This document shows, piece after piece, positions 1-8,240 of a stretch of 30,000 nucleotides of DNA. Numbering within the stretch: the stretch's first letter is position 1; every line of letters starts with the position of its first letter. The notes below the pieces were generated by a model, which had not been told where the DNA came from, did no database searches, and saw nothing but the letters and a program-made list of their open reading frames with translations. This DNA comes from Enterobacteriaceae bacterium 89 (GTDB taxonomy: Bacteria > Pseudomonadota > Gammaproteobacteria > Enterobacterales > Enterobacteriaceae): assembly GCA_014156375.1 (NCBI GenBank), contig RQJH01000002.1:62331-92330 (forward strand), written 5' to 3'. The translations under genes were made by a program, and so were the position numbers.

Positions 1-245
1 ATTTCCACGCTCAGACCGCAATCCCAGCACCAGGCCTTGGCCGGAAGCTGGCTCAGCAACAGCTCGCTGTTTTCAGCCAGCGTGCCGCGCACGGCGCTGG
101 AAAAACTAAAACGCAGCGCCTGCTCTTCAATACAGGCCAGGGCGCCAATCTCCAGCCACACTTTTGTCACCCGCTGCGCATTATGCTGCCGGGCCTGCTG
201 TTCAATCAGCTCCGCCATGCTCAGACACAGACTAAGCTCGTGCAT
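1..245 (-). CDS. hybF: HybF, HypA-family nickel-insertion protein for hydrogenase 2 (N-terminal ~81 codons; 3' end lies off the window)
   Basis: Minus-strand translation from the ATG at 245-243 reads MHELSLCLSMAELIEQQARQHNAQRVTKVWLEIGALACIEEQALRFSF...AKAWCWDCG. This is colinear with remembered E. coli HybF (MHELSLCQSAVEIIQRQAEQHDVKRVTAVWLEIGALSCVEE...). It overlaps the hybE stop by 14 nt. It is missing from the ORF track because there is no stop codon inside the window. Confidence 0.9.
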   Translation of the reverse strand, partial: MHELSLCLSMAELIEQQARQHNAQRVTKVWLEIGALACIEEQALRFSFSSAVRGTLAENSELLLSQLPAKAWCWDCGLSVE

Positions 246-702
246 GACGATCGCCCAGGCCGAACAGCGCCCGCCGTCCTGGATTTTGCGGGGCCAGAGG
301 GAACGCCAGCGCCATCCGCGCAGTCTGTTCAGCCAGCGCAATCATCTGCGAAGCCGTTACCCCTCTTTCCAGCGGCGACATCAGCGAAGCCGCCAGATAT
401 TGCCCGCAGGCATCAGTCTCGCCGACGGTGAAACGCACGCTGCCGCACGGCAGACTCAGGGCGACTTTCTCACCCACGCCGCGTGGCTGCCAGAACTGTC
501 CCGGCCCCGGTAGCACCAGCAAACTCAACATCCACGGCGTCAGCAGGCAGCCGACCCACTGCCCTTCAAACCGCTGAAAGCCGCAGGCTCTGACCGGAAT
601 TTGCGCCTGGTAAAATGGCAAAGTCTGCATTTTCTCATCGCCAATCGCCTGAAATGTGGCTTCCAGCATTGCCGAAGGATCGTCAGCGAAACCACTATTC
701 AT
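232..702 (-). CDS. hybE: HybE, hydrogenase-2 specific chaperone
   Basis: ORF 232..765, trimmed to the ATG at 702 (MNSGFADDPSAMLEATFQAIG...). Motifs FEGQWVGCLLTPWMLS and SLMSPL match remembered E. coli HybE. The start overlaps the hybD stop by 8 nt, and the gene holds the expected position in hybOABCDEF. Confidence 0.93.
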   Translation of the reverse strand: MNSGFADDPSAMLEATFQAIGDEKMQTLPFYQAQIPVRACGFQRFEGQWVGCLLTPWMLSLLVLPGPGQFWQPRGVGEKVALSLPCGSVRFTVGETDACGQYLAASLMSPLERGVTASQMIALAEQTARMALAFPLAPQNPGRRALFGLGDRHARA

Positions 703-1195
703 TTCCGACACAGGCCACCTCCACAGGCATTGCAATAACTCCGCTGTTACGCAGGGCAGTAACAATGTGCTTTAGCGCAGGCTCGATGGTCTGGCGGACG
801 GTCGAGGTCAGTCCTATGCCCGGCTCCAGCGACTGCGGCACCACGCCCACCAGCGTCAGGCGCCGTGGGAACTCCCCGGTTAAACGCAGCGCCATCAGCA
901 CATCCGCCAGCCCCAGCTGATGCGGCGAAACTTTCTGGCTGAACAGCGCCGGGATTTGATCGTCATGCAGAACCACTACGCTGCCCGGTTTGTCTCCTGT
1001 CAGCACCGCATCGGCGACAATCAGGTGATCCCGGTTCGCCATTACGTCCAGCAGCTCCATCCCCGATGTGCCCCCATCCAGCACTTCCACATGCGGCGGT
1101 AGCAGATAGCGCTGCTCAAGCGCCTCGACGATCCGCACGCCCACACCTTCATCGCTCAGCAGCAAATTGCCAATGCCCAGCACCAGTATTCGCAT
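695..1195 (-). CDS. hybD: HybD, hydrogenase-2 large-subunit maturation endopeptidase
   Basis: MRILVLGIGNLLLSDEGVGVRIVEALEQRY... is near-identical to the E. coli HybD N-terminus. The ATG at 1195 shares 1 nt with the hybC TGA (TGATG). The first codon in the ORF track (1198) is an upstream GTG. Confidence 0.95.
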   Translation of the reverse strand: MRILVLGIGNLLLSDEGVGVRIVEALEQRYLLPPHVEVLDGGTSGMELLDVMANRDHLIVADAVLTGDKPGSVVVLHDDQIPALFSQKVSPHQLGLADVLMALRLTGEFPRRLTLVGVVPQSLEPGIGLTSTVRQTIEPALKHIVTALRNSGVIAMPVEVACVGNE

Positions 1196-2889
1196 CACAG
1201 CACCTTCACTTTGCAGACTTCACCGCCCGTGGTGTCGACGATATGCACCGCGCAGGACATACAGGGATCGAAGGAGTGAATAGTTCGCACCACTTCCAGC
1301 GGTTTGGCCGGATCGCTCACCGGCGTGCCGACCAGCGCGCGTTCATACGGCCCCGGCTCATCGTTAAAGTTGCGCGGCCCGGCGTTCCAGGTGGAGGGCA
1401 CGACGGCCTGATAGTTGGCGATTTTGCCGTCCTTAATCACAATCCAGTGCGACAGCGCCCCACGCGGGGCTTCAATAAAGCCGACGCCGCGAATTTCTCC
1501 GTTTTCAGGAATGTTTGGCGGGATAAAGGTTTCGTGATCGCCCGTGCCGATATTGCTCACCAGCGCCTGCCACTGCTGGCCGAGTGTCTGATGCAGCACG
1601 CAGGCGTGCACCGTGCGCCCTGCCACGCGTCCGAGCGTCGAATGCAGCTGTTCGGGTTGCAGGGATTTTCCGGTTAACGCCTCGAATGCACCGTTCAGTT
1701 TTGCAAAAACCTGCTGCGTGGGCTGATGCTCTGCTTTCAGACTGCACAGCAGCCACGCCAGCGGGCCCATCTCGACCGTTTTGCCGTAGAAGGTGGGCGC
1801 TTTCACCCACGAATATTTGCCGTCTTCCTGCCAGCCGGTGTAGTTCGGCCGCGTCAGTCCTTCCCACGGGGCAAGCGGCTGATCATCCTGATACCACGCG
1901 TGCTTGCCACTTTCCTCAATGCCCTTTTGCAGATACTCGTCCTGCTGACTGAGGATAGGCCGGAATTCGCCGTGGTTCAGCCAGCCGCCCGGCAGCAGAT
2001 ATTGTTCGCTTTTGCGGTCGACGGGCAGCTCCGGCACGCACAGGTAACAGTCTGCGCCTTTGCCCATCGTCAGCCACTGCGGATAGTGCGCGGCGATCAC
2101 CGCGGTATCCACCAGATAGACCTGCTCGATAAAACTGCCGAGTTTGTCGATAAAGCTTTTCAGGTACATCAGGCGTTCGAGGTTCAGCACGCCCGGCGAA
2201 TCAAGGTTAATCGGGTTCGCCACTCCGCCCACGGCCAGATTCTGAATGTGCGGCGTTTTACCGCCGAGGATCGCCACAATCCGGTTGGCATCGCGCTGAC
2301 ACTCCAGCGCCTGCAGATAGTGAGCCACGGCAATCAGGTTCACCTCCGGCGGCAGCGCCATCGCCGGATGTCCCCAGTAGCCATTGGCGAAGATCCCCAG
2401 TTGGCCGCTGTCGACCAGCTTTTTGATTTTCTGCTGCACGGCGCTGAATTCCGCCGCGCTGTTGAGCGGCCAGTCGGAAAGCCCTTTCAGCAAATCTGCC
2501 GCTTTTTGCGGGTTGGCTTTTAAGGCGGAAGTGACGTCCACCCAGTCGAGCGCGGAAAGCTGGTAGAAATGGACAATGTGGTCGTGAATGCTGTGCGCGG
2601 CAGCAATGATATTGCGGATGTACTGCGCATTCACCGGCACTTCCATTCCCAGCGCGTTTTCCACGGCGCGCACGGAGGCCAGCGCGTGAATGGTGGTGCA
2701 GACCCCGCAGATGCGCTGAACAATCATCCACGCATCGCGCGGATCGTTGCCTTTGACAATCTCCTCCATTCCGCGCCACATGGTGCCGGAAGACCAGGCC
2801 TTCACAACTTTGCCCTGCTCGATTTCGCAGTCGATGCGCAGATGCCCTTCTATGCGTGTGACGGGATCAATGGTGATGCGTTGGCTCAT
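1195..2889 (-). CDS. hybC: HybC, [NiFe] hydrogenase-2 large subunit
   Basis: Trimmed to the ATG at 2889: [23 protein letters not shown]... It carries the N-terminal RICGVCT and C-terminal DPCMSCAVH nickel-binding cysteine motifs. It is colinear with E. coli HybC along its full length. Confidence 0.97.
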   Translation of the reverse strand: MSQRITIDPVTRIEGHLRIDCEIEQGKVVKAWSSGTMWRGMEEIVKGNDPRDAWMIVQRICGVCTTIHALASVRAVENALGMEVPVNAQYIRNIIAAAHSIHDHIVHFYQLSALDWVDVTSALKANPQKAADLLKGLSDWPLNSAAEFSAVQQKIKKLVDSGQLGIFANGYWGHPAMALPPEVNLIAVAHYLQALECQRDANRIVAILGGKTPHIQNLAVGGVANPINLDSPGVLNLERLMYLKSFIDKLGSFIEQVYLVDTAVIAAHYPQWLTMGKGADCYLCVPELPVDRKSEQYLLPGGWLNHGEFRPILSQQDEYLQKGIEESGKHAWYQDDQPLAPWEGLTRPNYTGWQEDGKYSWVKAPTFYGKTVEMGPLAWLLCSLKAEHQPTQQVFAKLNGAFEALTGKSLQPEQLHSTLGRVAGRTVHACVLHQTLGQQWQALVSNIGTGDHETFIPPNIPENGEIRGVGFIEAPRGALSHWIVIKDGKIANYQAVVPSTWNAGPRNFNDEPGPYERALVGTPVSDPAKPLEVVRTIHSFDPCMSCAVHIVDTTGGEVCKVKVL

Positions 2890-4057
2890 GAATGCCCCCT
2901 GTGGATGGTTGGTGTTGAGAATGGTCTGGCAGTACAGGCAGCAGGCGGACGAGCAGGATGTACGCACACACTTCAATCGCGACAAAGCCGATGGAAATCA
3001 GCAGTTCGCTGGCGGTCGGGAAATAGCCGTAGCCATTGCCCGGGTTGTAGGTCAGCAGCGAGTAGTTCAGCCGCCAGAAAGCCGCGCCGAGCAACATGCT
3101 CAACGCGCCGAGAAACAGCAGTCGGGAGTCATTCCGGTAGCGTCTGATACGGAAAACCAGCAGCGGGAACAGCATCAGCAGGATTTCCAGCCAGAAAGAG
3201 ATCGCAAAGCGATCCAGATGCCAGAGATACCCGGTCTTGTCGCGTACGATGATTTCGCCAAAGCGCAGCACGATAAACAGCAGCAAAAAGACTTCAATCA
3301 CGCGGGTCAGACGACTGAACAATGGAGTCTCATTCGCCCCCTTTCCACGCAGCCCGGCCTGCACCAGCGAGCCTTCAAAAATCACAATCGAGAAACCGAG
3401 GATCGCAGCGGTCAGCAGGGAAAACAGTGGCAGCATTTCGTAGCTTTGCCACAGCGGATGCACCTTGTAGCCTGCGGCAATCATCAGCGATCCCATCGAC
3501 GACTGGTGCATCGACGGCAGCAGCGCGCCCAATGCAATCAGCAGAAACATCGCTTTGTTGAGGACGCGTAATGGCTTTTTCCAGCCGAGGCGTTCACACA
3601 GCGCCGGAGCAAACTCAAGCGCCACCACGCCAATGTAGATCGTCATACAGACAGCGGTTTCAAACAGCACCGAGTTAGTGTTGAAATGACCCGGCCAGTA
3701 GAAATAAGGCAGATTCCAGTAACGACCCACGTCGATGGTGATCGACAACCCACCGAGCGCGTAGCCAAACAGACTCGCCAGCAGCGCGGGCCGCACCAGC
3801 GGGTGATATTCGCCACGGTTAAAGACATACACCGCCCACGCCAGCGCCCAGCCGCCGCAGGCCAGCCCTGTTCCCACCAGCAGATCGAAAGCAATCCAGA
3901 TCCCCCAGGGGTAACCGCCGTTGAGGTCGGAAACGTCGCCAATGCCAAACACCAGACGCTTCACAATCAGCAACCCGCACAGCACGGCAAACGGCGCAAA
4001 CAGCATCACCGGCCAGCTAACCAGCCTTCCGCCAAGCGGCTTCGTGCTATTGGTCAT
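2867..4057 (-). CDS. hybB: HybB, hydrogenase-2 integral membrane b-type cytochrome-like subunit
   Basis: Trimmed to the ATG at 4057 ([20 protein letters not shown]...). The protein is polytopic and hydrophobic. [31 protein letters not shown] matches E. coli HybB. It overlaps hybA by 11 nt and hybC by 23 nt. Confidence 0.95.
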   Translation of the reverse strand: MTNSTKPLGGRLVSWPVMLFAPFAVLCGLLIVKRLVFGIGDVSDLNGGYPWGIWIAFDLLVGTGLACGGWALAWAVYVFNRGEYHPLVRPALLASLFGYALGGLSITIDVGRYWNLPYFYWPGHFNTNSVLFETAVCMTIYIGVVALEFAPALCERLGWKKPLRVLNKAMFLLIALGALLPSMHQSSMGSLMIAAGYKVHPLWQSYEMLPLFSLLTAAILGFSIVIFEGSLVQAGLRGKGANETPLFSRLTRVIEVFLLLFIVLRFGEIIVRDKTGYLWHLDRFAISFWLEILLMLFPLLVFRIRRYRNDSRLLFLGALSMLLGAAFWRLNYSLLTYNPGNGYGYFPTASELLISIGFVAIEVCAYILLVRLLPVLPDHSQHQPSTGGIHEPTHHH

Positions 4058-5042
4058 CGCGATCTCCTTTTTCCTTGCGCAGATTGCGCTGCACCAGGAA
4101 AGTGATCCCCGCCAGCGCCGCGAACGGCAGCACCATGCCTTTGTATAAAGAGTGCTGCACGTGCTCTGAACGCGCCCCGGTGGACAACTCCGCAAGCGGC
4201 GGCAGGCCAAGGTTTTCAAACGGTACGCCGGAGAGCACCAGCACCTGCATTCCGCCGCCCTCTTTTTCGCCGTAGATATGCTGCCGGTAAACCGCCAGCG
4301 GATGCTCGTAGCAGTCCTGATGACGCAAAGTCTGGCGCGGATAGCGATACGTCTCTCCGGCTTTACCGTTCAGCCGCCGCACGGCCTCCTCCAGCAGCTC
4401 CTCGCGAGTGCCGAAAATGACGGCTCCCGTCGGGCAAACGTCCACGCAGCCTGGCAGCTCCCCTTTATCCAGCCGTGCCACGCCTTTCTGGTTACACAGT
4501 TCGCACTTGTGGATTTTGCCGAACGGATTGTCGTAATCGTATTTCGGCACGTTGAACGGGCAGCCGACCATGCAGTAACGACAGCCGGTACAGACGTCCG
4601 GATCGTAATGGACGATGCCGGTGAGCGGATCTTTGCGCATCGCCTGCACCGGGCAGACGGACACACAGTTCGGATCCACGCAGTGCATGCACTGTTTTTT
4701 GATATAGGCGTAGCCGTCTTCCTGCTGGTCTTTATGCTCGCCTTTACCACTGCGCCACACCTGGATGATGTTGTTGGTGTACGGACTTAGCTTGTCGTTG
4801 TTCGACCAGGTCTTTTCCGTTCCGGCATAGGCATAGGTTTCCCCGTGTGGTGCGTCCGTATGGTTGATGCGCTGGCACTCGCTGACGCAGGCCTGACAGC
4901 CAACGCACAGCGTGGAGTCATACAGCATTCCCAGTGAATGTGGGATGGGCGGGCGGTTTTCCGCTTTCGCCAGCGCGGGCGATGTGCCCCCGGCAAGCAG
5001 CGCGCCTGCGGAGGCCAGCTTTAAAAAATGGCGTCTGTTCAC
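4047..5042 (-). CDS. hybA: HybA, hydrogenase-2 4Fe-4S ferredoxin-type subunit with Tat signal
   Basis: [19 protein letters not shown]...ALA is a twin-arginine signal, and there are several CxxCxxCxxxCP ferredoxin motifs. The start codon is GTG (5042-5040), preceded by GGAGAG. It is colinear with E. coli HybA. Confidence 0.95.
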   Translation of the reverse strand: MNRRHFLKLASAGALLAGGTSPALAKAENRPPIPHSLGMLYDSTLCVGCQACVSECQRINHTDAPHGETYAYAGTEKTWSNNDKLSPYTNNIIQVWRSGKGEHKDQQEDGYAYIKKQCMHCVDPNCVSVCPVQAMRKDPLTGIVHYDPDVCTGCRYCMVGCPFNVPKYDYDNPFGKIHKCELCNQKGVARLDKGELPGCVDVCPTGAVIFGTREELLEEAVRRLNGKAGETYRYPRQTLRHQDCYEHPLAVYRQHIYGEKEGGGMQVLVLSGVPFENLGLPPLAELSTGARSEHVQHSLYKGMVLPFAALAGITFLVQRNLRKEKGDRDDQ

Positions 5043-5045
5043 GGC

Positions 5046-6164
5046 TTACTCTCCGGCTGGGGGATCCTGGCGATCGTTTTTCTGCTGACGGCCCAGCTCG
5101 CGCACCGTCATCAGGCTGACGCCGGCTACGAGCCCCACCACGCCGCCAAGCAGCCCCACCGCTGTTAAACTGACGTGCCCGCCTTCGGGGCTGGCGACTT
5201 CCGGTTTGGCATTACGCGGTGTGGGATTCTCCACGCTCGCCAGCTGCGCGATCCCTTTGGTAAATCCCACGCCCTGTTCATTGCAGCCGTAGCACGGGTG
5301 ACCAATGCCGACGGGCCAGATCCCGCCGCCGATGTCGCAAAACTCCAGCGTCGGACAGTTGCCCCAGGTTTCCGGGCCTTTGCAGCCCAGATGGTAAAGA
5401 CACCATCCCTGTCTGTGACCTTCGTCGCCAAACTGGCGCGCAAAGCGTCCGGCATCGAAATGCGGTCGACGCTCGCAGTTCTCGTGAATTAATCGCCCGT
5501 AGGCGAACTGCGGACGGTTTTTGCTATCCAGTGCCGGAGGTCGCCCGTAGGTGATGAGGTACGCCACGGTGGCAAGGAAGTTGTGCGGATTAGGCGGACA
5601 GCCGGGGATGTTGATAACCGTTTTGCCCGGCAAAATATCCTGCACGCTGACGGCTCCGGTAGGGTTCGCACCGCTGGCCGCCACCCCGCCCCAGGCCGCG
5701 CAGGAGCCAATGGCAATCACCGCAGCGGCGTGCTCCGCGACTTCCCGGATGTGCTCAACGATAGGTTTTCCCGCCACCATGCAGTAGATCCCACCGTCTT
5801 TCAGAGGAACGGAACCGTCCACCACCAACACATAGCGCCCTTTGTAGCGCTCCACGGCCTGATGCTTGTTCTCTTCCGCCTGCTCACCAAAGGCGGCGGA
5901 AAGCACTTCGTGATACTCCAGAGAAATCACGTTCAGCAGCAGATTCTCAATCGTCGGATGGGTAGCCCGCAGCAGCGATTCCGTACAGCCGGTGCACTCC
6001 TGCGCGCCAATCCAGATAACGGGAGGTCGTTCCGATGACACCACGGCTTCACTCATTTCCGCCGCCGCACGCTGGCTTAATCCCATCGTTGCCGCCAGAG
6101 CCGCACACAGTTTCATAAAATCACGGCGGCTCACGCCCTCAGGCAACGCTGACAGATGCTTCAT
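5046..6164 (-). CDS. hybO: HybO, [NiFe] hydrogenase-2 small subunit with Tat signal
   Basis: Trimmed to the ATG at 6164 (MKHLSALPEGVSRRDFMKLCAALAATMGLS...). The SRRDFMK Tat motif is present, and ECTGCTESLLR and other FeS cysteine clusters are conserved. An AGGAAAAAGGA SD lies upstream. Confidence 0.96.
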   Translation of the reverse strand: MKHLSALPEGVSRRDFMKLCAALAATMGLSQRAAAEMSEAVVSSERPPVIWIGAQECTGCTESLLRATHPTIENLLLNVISLEYHEVLSAAFGEQAEENKHQAVERYKGRYVLVVDGSVPLKDGGIYCMVAGKPIVEHIREVAEHAAAVIAIGSCAAWGGVAASGANPTGAVSVQDILPGKTVINIPGCPPNPHNFLATVAYLITYGRPPALDSKNRPQFAYGRLIHENCERRPHFDAGRFARQFGDEGHRQGWCLYHLGCKGPETWGNCPTLEFCDIGGGIWPVGIGHPCYGCNEQGVGFTKGIAQLASVENPTPRNAKPEVASPEGGHVSLTAVGLLGGVVGLVAGVSLMTVRELGRQQKNDRQDPPAGE

Positions 6165-6236
6165 TCCTTTTTCCTTTGCAGATACCAGCCCTGACAAATA
6201 ATGCTCTCTATAGACAGCGATTATCAAAAGGCATAA

Positions 6237-6250
6237 TTGATGCATATCAA
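6237..6250 (-). promoter_or_regulatory. Candidate FNR box upstream of hybO
   Basis: TTGATGCATATCAA is a perfect match to the FNR consensus TTGAT-N4-ATCAA and a perfect palindrome. Its centre is about 80 nt upstream of the hybO ATG. If placed at -41.5, it would leave a leader of about 38 nt. Confidence 0.55.
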
Positions 6251-6253
6251 TTT

Positions 6254-6301
6254 AAATAAAAATGAGCGCTTTTGATTTTCAGGAATATGAATCAAATCGC
6301 T
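6254..6301 (-). terminator. Candidate rho-independent terminator after yaaU
   Basis: Minus strand: AGCGATTTGATT - 12 nt loop - AATCAAAAGCGCT (imperfect stem with one bulge), followed by CATTTTTATTT. It lies 20 nt downstream of the yaaU stop. Confidence 0.45.
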
Positions 6302-6320
6302 TCAGCAAAATCTCAATTGT

Positions 6321-7652
6321 TTATTTCATAGCGGTTTTTCTTTCCAACGATAACTTTCCGGCCTGAGTGAGCGACAAGCCTTTTGTCTCAGGTGCAAAAA
6401 CAATGGAAACCACCAGCCCAACCAGGGAAATAAAAGCGCCTATCAGCATCACCGCACTGATACCATAGCGGGTGATAAATACCGGCAGCGCCCAGGTGGA
6501 AATAACCGTTCCAACCCGGCTGATAGACATAATCACCCCAACCGCTGAAGCGCGAATATCCGTTGGGAACAGTTCGTTGGGATAAAGCCATTGCAGAATG
6601 CCAGGCCCGCCGGAGAAAAAGGCGTAAACCGCAAATGCCAGTACCACCAGCCAGATCCCCAGATTGTCGACCAGTCCAAGCACCGCCAGCGCGGCAGTCA
6701 TCATCGCAAAGCTTCCCACCAGCAGCGGACGGCGGCCCAGCGAGTTCAGCCAGTACATGGCCGGTACGCAGCCGAGCATAAAGAACAGACTGATCACCAC
6801 GTTGCCGAGTGCGGCATTGCGCCCCTGATCCCAGCCCAGCAGGCCAACAATCTGCGGACCGAAGGTATAAATAGCGAACATCGGGATCACCTGACAGGTC
6901 CAGATCACCGCCACAAACATCACTACCGGGAAGTGACGCTTATTGAACAGGTCCAGAAAGCGCGTCTGCTGCGGGGGCTCTTCGTCAAACACCACCGGTT
7001 CGCCAAACAGCTTTAGCATCATCGCTTCGCACTCTTTCACCCGCCCTTTACGCAGCAGCCAGCGCGGCGATTCAGGCAGATCGAAGCGGCCAATCAGAAT
7101 GATCAGGCAGGGAATAAACGCGCTGCCCAGCATCCAGCGCCAGCCGCCTTCCACGTCGTAAAGCAGGAAACCCACCAGGTTGGCGCAGGTCGCGCCGACG
7201 TACCACATCGCGGCGATAAAGCCGACGGCAAACGCCCGCTGGCGGGTGCTGGAAAATTCGGTGATCATCGAGGTGGCAATGGGATAATCCGCACCGATAA
7301 CAATCCCAATCAGGACTCTCATCACCAGTAATTCCATCGGTGAGGAAACAAACATGGTCGCCAGCGAAATAAGCCCGATGGCGACAATATCAATTAAAAA
7401 CATTTTACGGCGACCGACTTTATCTGAGATATAGCCAAATAAAGAGGTGCCAACAAATAAACCGACCAGCGTACCCGCGCCCAGCAAACCAATCCACTGA
7501 GCGTCCAGTTTTAATAACGGGGTGAGTTGTTCGAGGGCCACGCCAATAATGACCAGCACATAGCCATCGAGAAAAGGGCCACCGCTGCCCCACAGCATAA
7601 TTCGCCGGTGAATCGACGAAAAACGCAGGTCATCAAAGTTTTTGGCTTGCAT
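6321..7652 (-). CDS. yaaU: YaaU-like MFS sugar-porter-family transporter (substrate unknown)
   Basis: 443 aa. MQAKNFDDLRFSSIHRRIMLWGSGGPFLDGYVLVIIGVALEQL... is colinear with remembered E. coli YaaU (also 443 aa). MFS motifs GYISDKVGRRK and PESPRWL are present. It lies next to fixX, as in E. coli. Confidence 0.9.
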   Translation of the reverse strand: MQAKNFDDLRFSSIHRRIMLWGSGGPFLDGYVLVIIGVALEQLTPLLKLDAQWIGLLGAGTLVGLFVGTSLFGYISDKVGRRKMFLIDIVAIGLISLATMFVSSPMELLVMRVLIGIVIGADYPIATSMITEFSSTRQRAFAVGFIAAMWYVGATCANLVGFLLYDVEGGWRWMLGSAFIPCLIILIGRFDLPESPRWLLRKGRVKECEAMMLKLFGEPVVFDEEPPQQTRFLDLFNKRHFPVVMFVAVIWTCQVIPMFAIYTFGPQIVGLLGWDQGRNAALGNVVISLFFMLGCVPAMYWLNSLGRRPLLVGSFAMMTAALAVLGLVDNLGIWLVVLAFAVYAFFSGGPGILQWLYPNELFPTDIRASAVGVIMSISRVGTVISTWALPVFITRYGISAVMLIGAFISLVGLVVSIVFAPETKGLSLTQAGKLSLERKTAMK

Positions 7653-7678
7653 AGAAACGTCCTGTATGGCGTGAGTTA

Positions 7679-7938
7679 TCCCCTTAGGGTGAGAACATCA
7701 GGCTTTACAACCGTCTTCCCCCTCTCCCTAACCCTCTCCCCAAAGGGGCGAGGGAACCGACCGAACCCGGCTTGCAACTCTGTTTTCTCCCTCTCCCCAA
7801 TGGGACGAAGGAACCGACCGAACCCGGCTTGCAACTCTGTTTCCCCCTATCCCTAAAGGGGCGAGGGAGCCGACCGAGCCAATTTGCCATTCGGTTCTCT
7901 CCCTCTCCCCCTGGGAGAGGGTCGGGGAGAGGGAACCC
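7679..7938. repeat. Array of CCCTCTCCC/GGGAGAGGG-type intergenic palindromic repeats (boxC-like; family name uncertain)
   Basis: There is one truncated copy (7679-7703) plus four contiguous diverged units: A 7715-7785, B 7786-7842, C 7843-7896 and D 7897-7938. Unit D is inverted relative to A-C. Each unit has C-rich blocks followed by a complementary G-rich block (for example CCCTCTCCCC-AAA-GGGGCGAGGG). Units A and B share an exact 33-nt stretch (7753-7785 = 7810-7842). The array fills the whole fixX-yaaU spacer. Confidence 0.85.
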
Positions 7939-7940
7939 AT

Positions 7941-8240
7941 TCAACCGTAGCGATATTCCACGCCGAAGGTGCCGCGCGGATATTCCCATTTCTCCAGCGC
8001 GCTCCCGAGCCCCAGAATGCGGCAGGTGCCGCACTCCAGGCAGCCGGCGTAGTCAAAACGCACCGAGCCGTCTTCCTGCTTTTTGTACAGCCCCGCCGGA
8101 CAGGCTTTGGTCAGCAGCTCCATCACCTGCATATCCGGCTGTGATTTCACGATGATGTGCGGAGAGTGCTCATCCACGTTGAATTTGTTGATGCCGAGTT
8201 TGACATCCACATTGACGGGCGTGCTCATACTGGTAGTCAT
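7941..8240 (-). CDS. fixX: FixX, ferredoxin-like protein of the carnitine-linked electron-transfer system
   Basis: ...VNVDVKLGINKFNVDE...CPAGLYKK..DGSVRFDYAGCLECGTCRILG...YPRGTFGVEYRYG matches E. coli FixX. The ATG at 8240 overlaps the fixC TGA (ATGA). Confidence 0.93.
   Translation of the reverse strand: MTTSMSTPVNVDVKLGINKFNVDEHSPHIIVKSQPDMQVMELLTKACPAGLYKKQEDGSVRFDYAGCLECGTCRILGLGSALEKWEYPRGTFGVEYRYG

Noticed and set aside
7715-7938. Possible CRISPR array, because of regularly spaced repeats.
   Set aside because: The units are contiguous with no unique spacers. They are diverged and internally palindromic in the REP style, one is inverted, and the same element occurs singly elsewhere in the window. 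There are no cas genes.
7527-8155. ORFs crossing the fixX-yaaU repeat array (7527-7856 +, 7705-8034 -, 7728-7940 -, 7772-8155 +, 7853-8056 -, 7884-8144 +), which give peptides such as PLGRGLGRGG and SPPGRGSGRG.
   Set aside because: These are translations of the CCCTCTCCC/GGGAGAGGG palindromes, which read open in several frames on both strands. They are classic spurious hypothetical proteins. The same applies to 18909-19265 and 18913-19353, which start in the repeat and run antisense to caiF, and to 26094-26276.
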